The notes beneath the pieces were generated by a model. The model was not told the DNA's origin and searched no databases. It saw nothing but the letters and a program-made list of their open reading frames with translations. Below, piece after piece: positions 25,220-26,790 of a stretch of DNA of 26,790 nucleotides (position 1 is the stretch's first letter; every line of letters begins with the position of its first letter). The translations under genes were made by a program, and so were the position numbers. The DNA is from Woeseiaceae bacterium (GTDB lineage: Bacteria; Pseudomonadota; Gammaproteobacteria; Steroidobacterales; Woeseiaceae). Location of the stretch: the NCBI GenBank assembly GCA_036444875.1, contig JAZFPY010000157.1:1-26790 (forward strand). Direction: 5' to 3'.

Positions 25220-26224
25220 CTACTCTTGGGATCCGCCGTTGCCGTCGGACTCGTACGCTTCGACGATGCGCTGAACCAGTTCGTGCCTGACCACATCGTT
25301 CGGCGTAAAGAACGTAAACAGGACGCCGTCGACATCACCAAGGATTTCCACGGCGTTCTTCAGGCCAGACTGTTGTCCCGGCGGCAAATCGATCTGCGTA
25401 ATGTCACCCGTGACCACTGCATGTGACCCGAATCCGATGCGCGTCAGAAACATCTTCATCTGAGCGACACTGGTATTTTGCGCTTCATCGAGAATGACGA
25501 AGGACTCGTTAAGTGAACGTCCGCGCATGAACGCAAGCGGGGCAATTTCAATGACATTTCGCTCGATCTGTCGCCCGACCTGTTCCGGACCCACCATGTC
25601 GTATAGCGCATCGTACATGGGCCGCAAGTATGGATCGACTTTTTGCAACATGTCGCCCGGCAGAAAGCCGAGTCGCTCGCCCGCCTCGACCGCCGGGCGC
25701 ACCAGCACGATTCGCCTGACCTGTCCGGTCTCGAGCGCATCGATAGCGCTCGCGACGGCCAAATAGGTCTTACCCGTGCCGGCGGGCCCGATACCGAACG
25801 CGAGATCGTTGGCGCGAATATTCGCAAGGTATGAGCATTGGTTCGCACCTCTTGCGCGCACGAGCTTGCGTGGCGTCTGGATTTCGAAGCGATCACTCTC
25901 TTCGTCAGTTGAATCCGGCTCCGGTTGCGCGTGGGCAAGCTCACCATCTTTCATGACAGACTCCTGCAAGCACATATGCACGTGTTCCCGGTCCAGCCGT
26001 TCACTGCTGGTGAGCTGGAAAAGCGAGAGAATTACGTCCATGCCGATCTGGGTGGCACCCGGATTACCGGAGACCCTGAAGCGATTTCCTCGGCTGGATA
26101 TATCGACGTTTAGGCGGCGTTCTATTTGCCGCAAGTGCTCATCAAACTGGCCGCAAAGATTGGCCAGGCGGTTGTTATCGGCGGGTTCCAGGACGATGTC
26201 CTGAGATACTTGTACGGTGTTCAA
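25220..26224 (-). CDS. ybeZ: PhoH-family ATPase (YbeZ-like)
   Basis: GPAGTGKTYLAV, RPAVEAGERLGFLPGD, ILDEAQN, KMFLTRIG and DVVRH.LV; TTG start; miaB-ybeZ-ybeY-corC-lnt order. Confidence 0.93.
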   Translation of the reverse strand: MNTVQVSQDIVLEPADNNRLANLCGQFDEHLRQIERRLNVDISSRGNRFRVSGNPGATQIGMDVILSLFQLTSSERLDREHVHMCLQESVMKDGELAHAQPEPDSTDEESDRFEIQTPRKLVRARGANQCSYLANIRANDLAFGIGPAGTGKTYLAVASAIDALETGQVRRIVLVRPAVEAGERLGFLPGDMLQKVDPYLRPMYDALYDMVGPEQVGRQIERNVIEIAPLAFMRGRSLNESFVILDEAQNTSVAQMKMFLTRIGFGSHAVVTGDITQIDLPPGQQSGLKNAVEILGDVDGVLFTFFTPNDVVRHELVQRIVEAYESDGNGGSQE

Positions 26225-26345
26225 TGTTTGGGTATTTGACCTCTTTCTACGGTATTTAGTGCTTGTCCCAGCACATTAGTTCAACGTTTCCAAGCCTACC
26301 TCGAAGACTGGTCACATGGAATACCGGAGTTGACATATAAAGCGA

Positions 26346-26790
26346 TTACGCAACAGCCTGAGCGTTTACGAGACGTCCCCGCAAGGAATTCGGTAAAGCC
26401 TCAGTGATCACAACCTCCACGAACTGCCCCAGGCAGGAGGCGTCGCTGTCGAAATTCACCCAGCGGTTGCATTGCGTCCGGCCGGCGTACTGGGCTGGAT
26501 TTTTCTTTGATGGCCGCTCGACAAGCACGGACTGTGTCGTACCCACCATAGCCTTGCTGATCGCCATCGCCTGATGGTTTATGCGGGCCTGCAGGATCTG
26601 CAATCGCTTCTTCTTGACGTCCATCGGCGTGTCGTCAACAAAACTCGCCGCGGGCGTACCGGGACGCGCGCTGTAAATAAAGCTGAAGGACTGATCGAAA
26701 CCGATTTCGGCGATCAGATTCATCGTCGCCTCAAAATCTGCATCGGTCTCACCCGGAAACCCAACGATGAAATCTGACGAAATAGAGATG
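26346..26790 (-). CDS. miaB: tRNA-2-methylthio-N6-dimethylallyladenosine synthase, 3' part (gene starts beyond the window)
   Basis: The frame is open from the window edge: [34 protein letters not shown], then a TRAM domain ([21 protein letters not shown]). Confidence 0.95.
   Translation of the reverse strand, partial: ISISSDFIVGFPGETDADFEATMNLIAEIGFDQSFSFIYSARPGTPAASFVDDTPMDVKKKRLQILQARINHQAMAISKAMVGTTQSVLVERPSKKNPAQYAGRTQCNRWVNFDSDASCLGQFVEVVITEALPNSLRGRLVNAQAVA

Noticed and set aside
26225-26345. Sigma-32 promoter for ybeZ-ybeY-corC-lnt as in E. coli
   Set aside because: TTGAAC and CTTGGAA are present on the - strand, but no CCCCAT-like -10 lies at the right spacing. The GTGCT-GGGACA-AGCAC hairpin alone is too weak to call.
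1-26790. tRNA, rRNA, tmRNA, SRP RNA, riboswitch, IS or prophage
   Set aside because: No cloverleaf/TTCGA..CCA pattern, conserved RNA signature, transposase or phage gene was recognised in any intergenic gap by eye. An Infernal/Rfam scan would be needed to exclude weak matches.

Overview
A GC-rich gammaproteobacterial chromosome segment that is mostly housekeeping genes. A Woeseiaceae/Steroidobacterales-like origin is my impression from gene content and order; it is not tested. On the + strand are the 3' part of purK, an ExeA/GspA-like AAA ATPase fused to an FHA domain, and a MerC-domain gene. From about 3.2 kb to the end, nearly all genes are on the - strand, in this order: miaB (partial), ybeZ, ybeY, corC, lnt, leuS, lptE, a gene remnant, a membrane protein, cysS, yidD, a membrane protein, [MerC-like, + strand], Trm112-like, holA, nadD, rsfS, rlmH, maf, rng, yhdP, a nitrilase-family gene and tldD. 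I see no rRNA, tRNA, IS/transposase, prophage gene or CRISPR array. The notable signals are non-coding or small. (1) A 25-bp REP-like palindrome occurs in three plain copies. A composite derivative has a 50-nt cassette with two GGA-loop (CsrA/RsmA-site-like) hairpins in place of the REP loop; it occurs twice, about 19 kb apart, at 59/64 identity. (2) A 56-aa ORF missing from the ORF track has a GGAGG Shine-Dalgarno, a -10 element and a 9/10 CRP-type site at -41.5. (3) A Zur-like box overlaps the promoter of a lone MerC-like gene. (4) cysS, yidD and a membrane-protein gene are translationally coupled, the last probably from a CTG start. (5) A decayed gene fragment follows lptE. (6) LeuRS carries unusual substitutions in its signature motifs. 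No complete new multi-gene system is demonstrated; the REP-GGA cassette is the best candidate for something undescribed.
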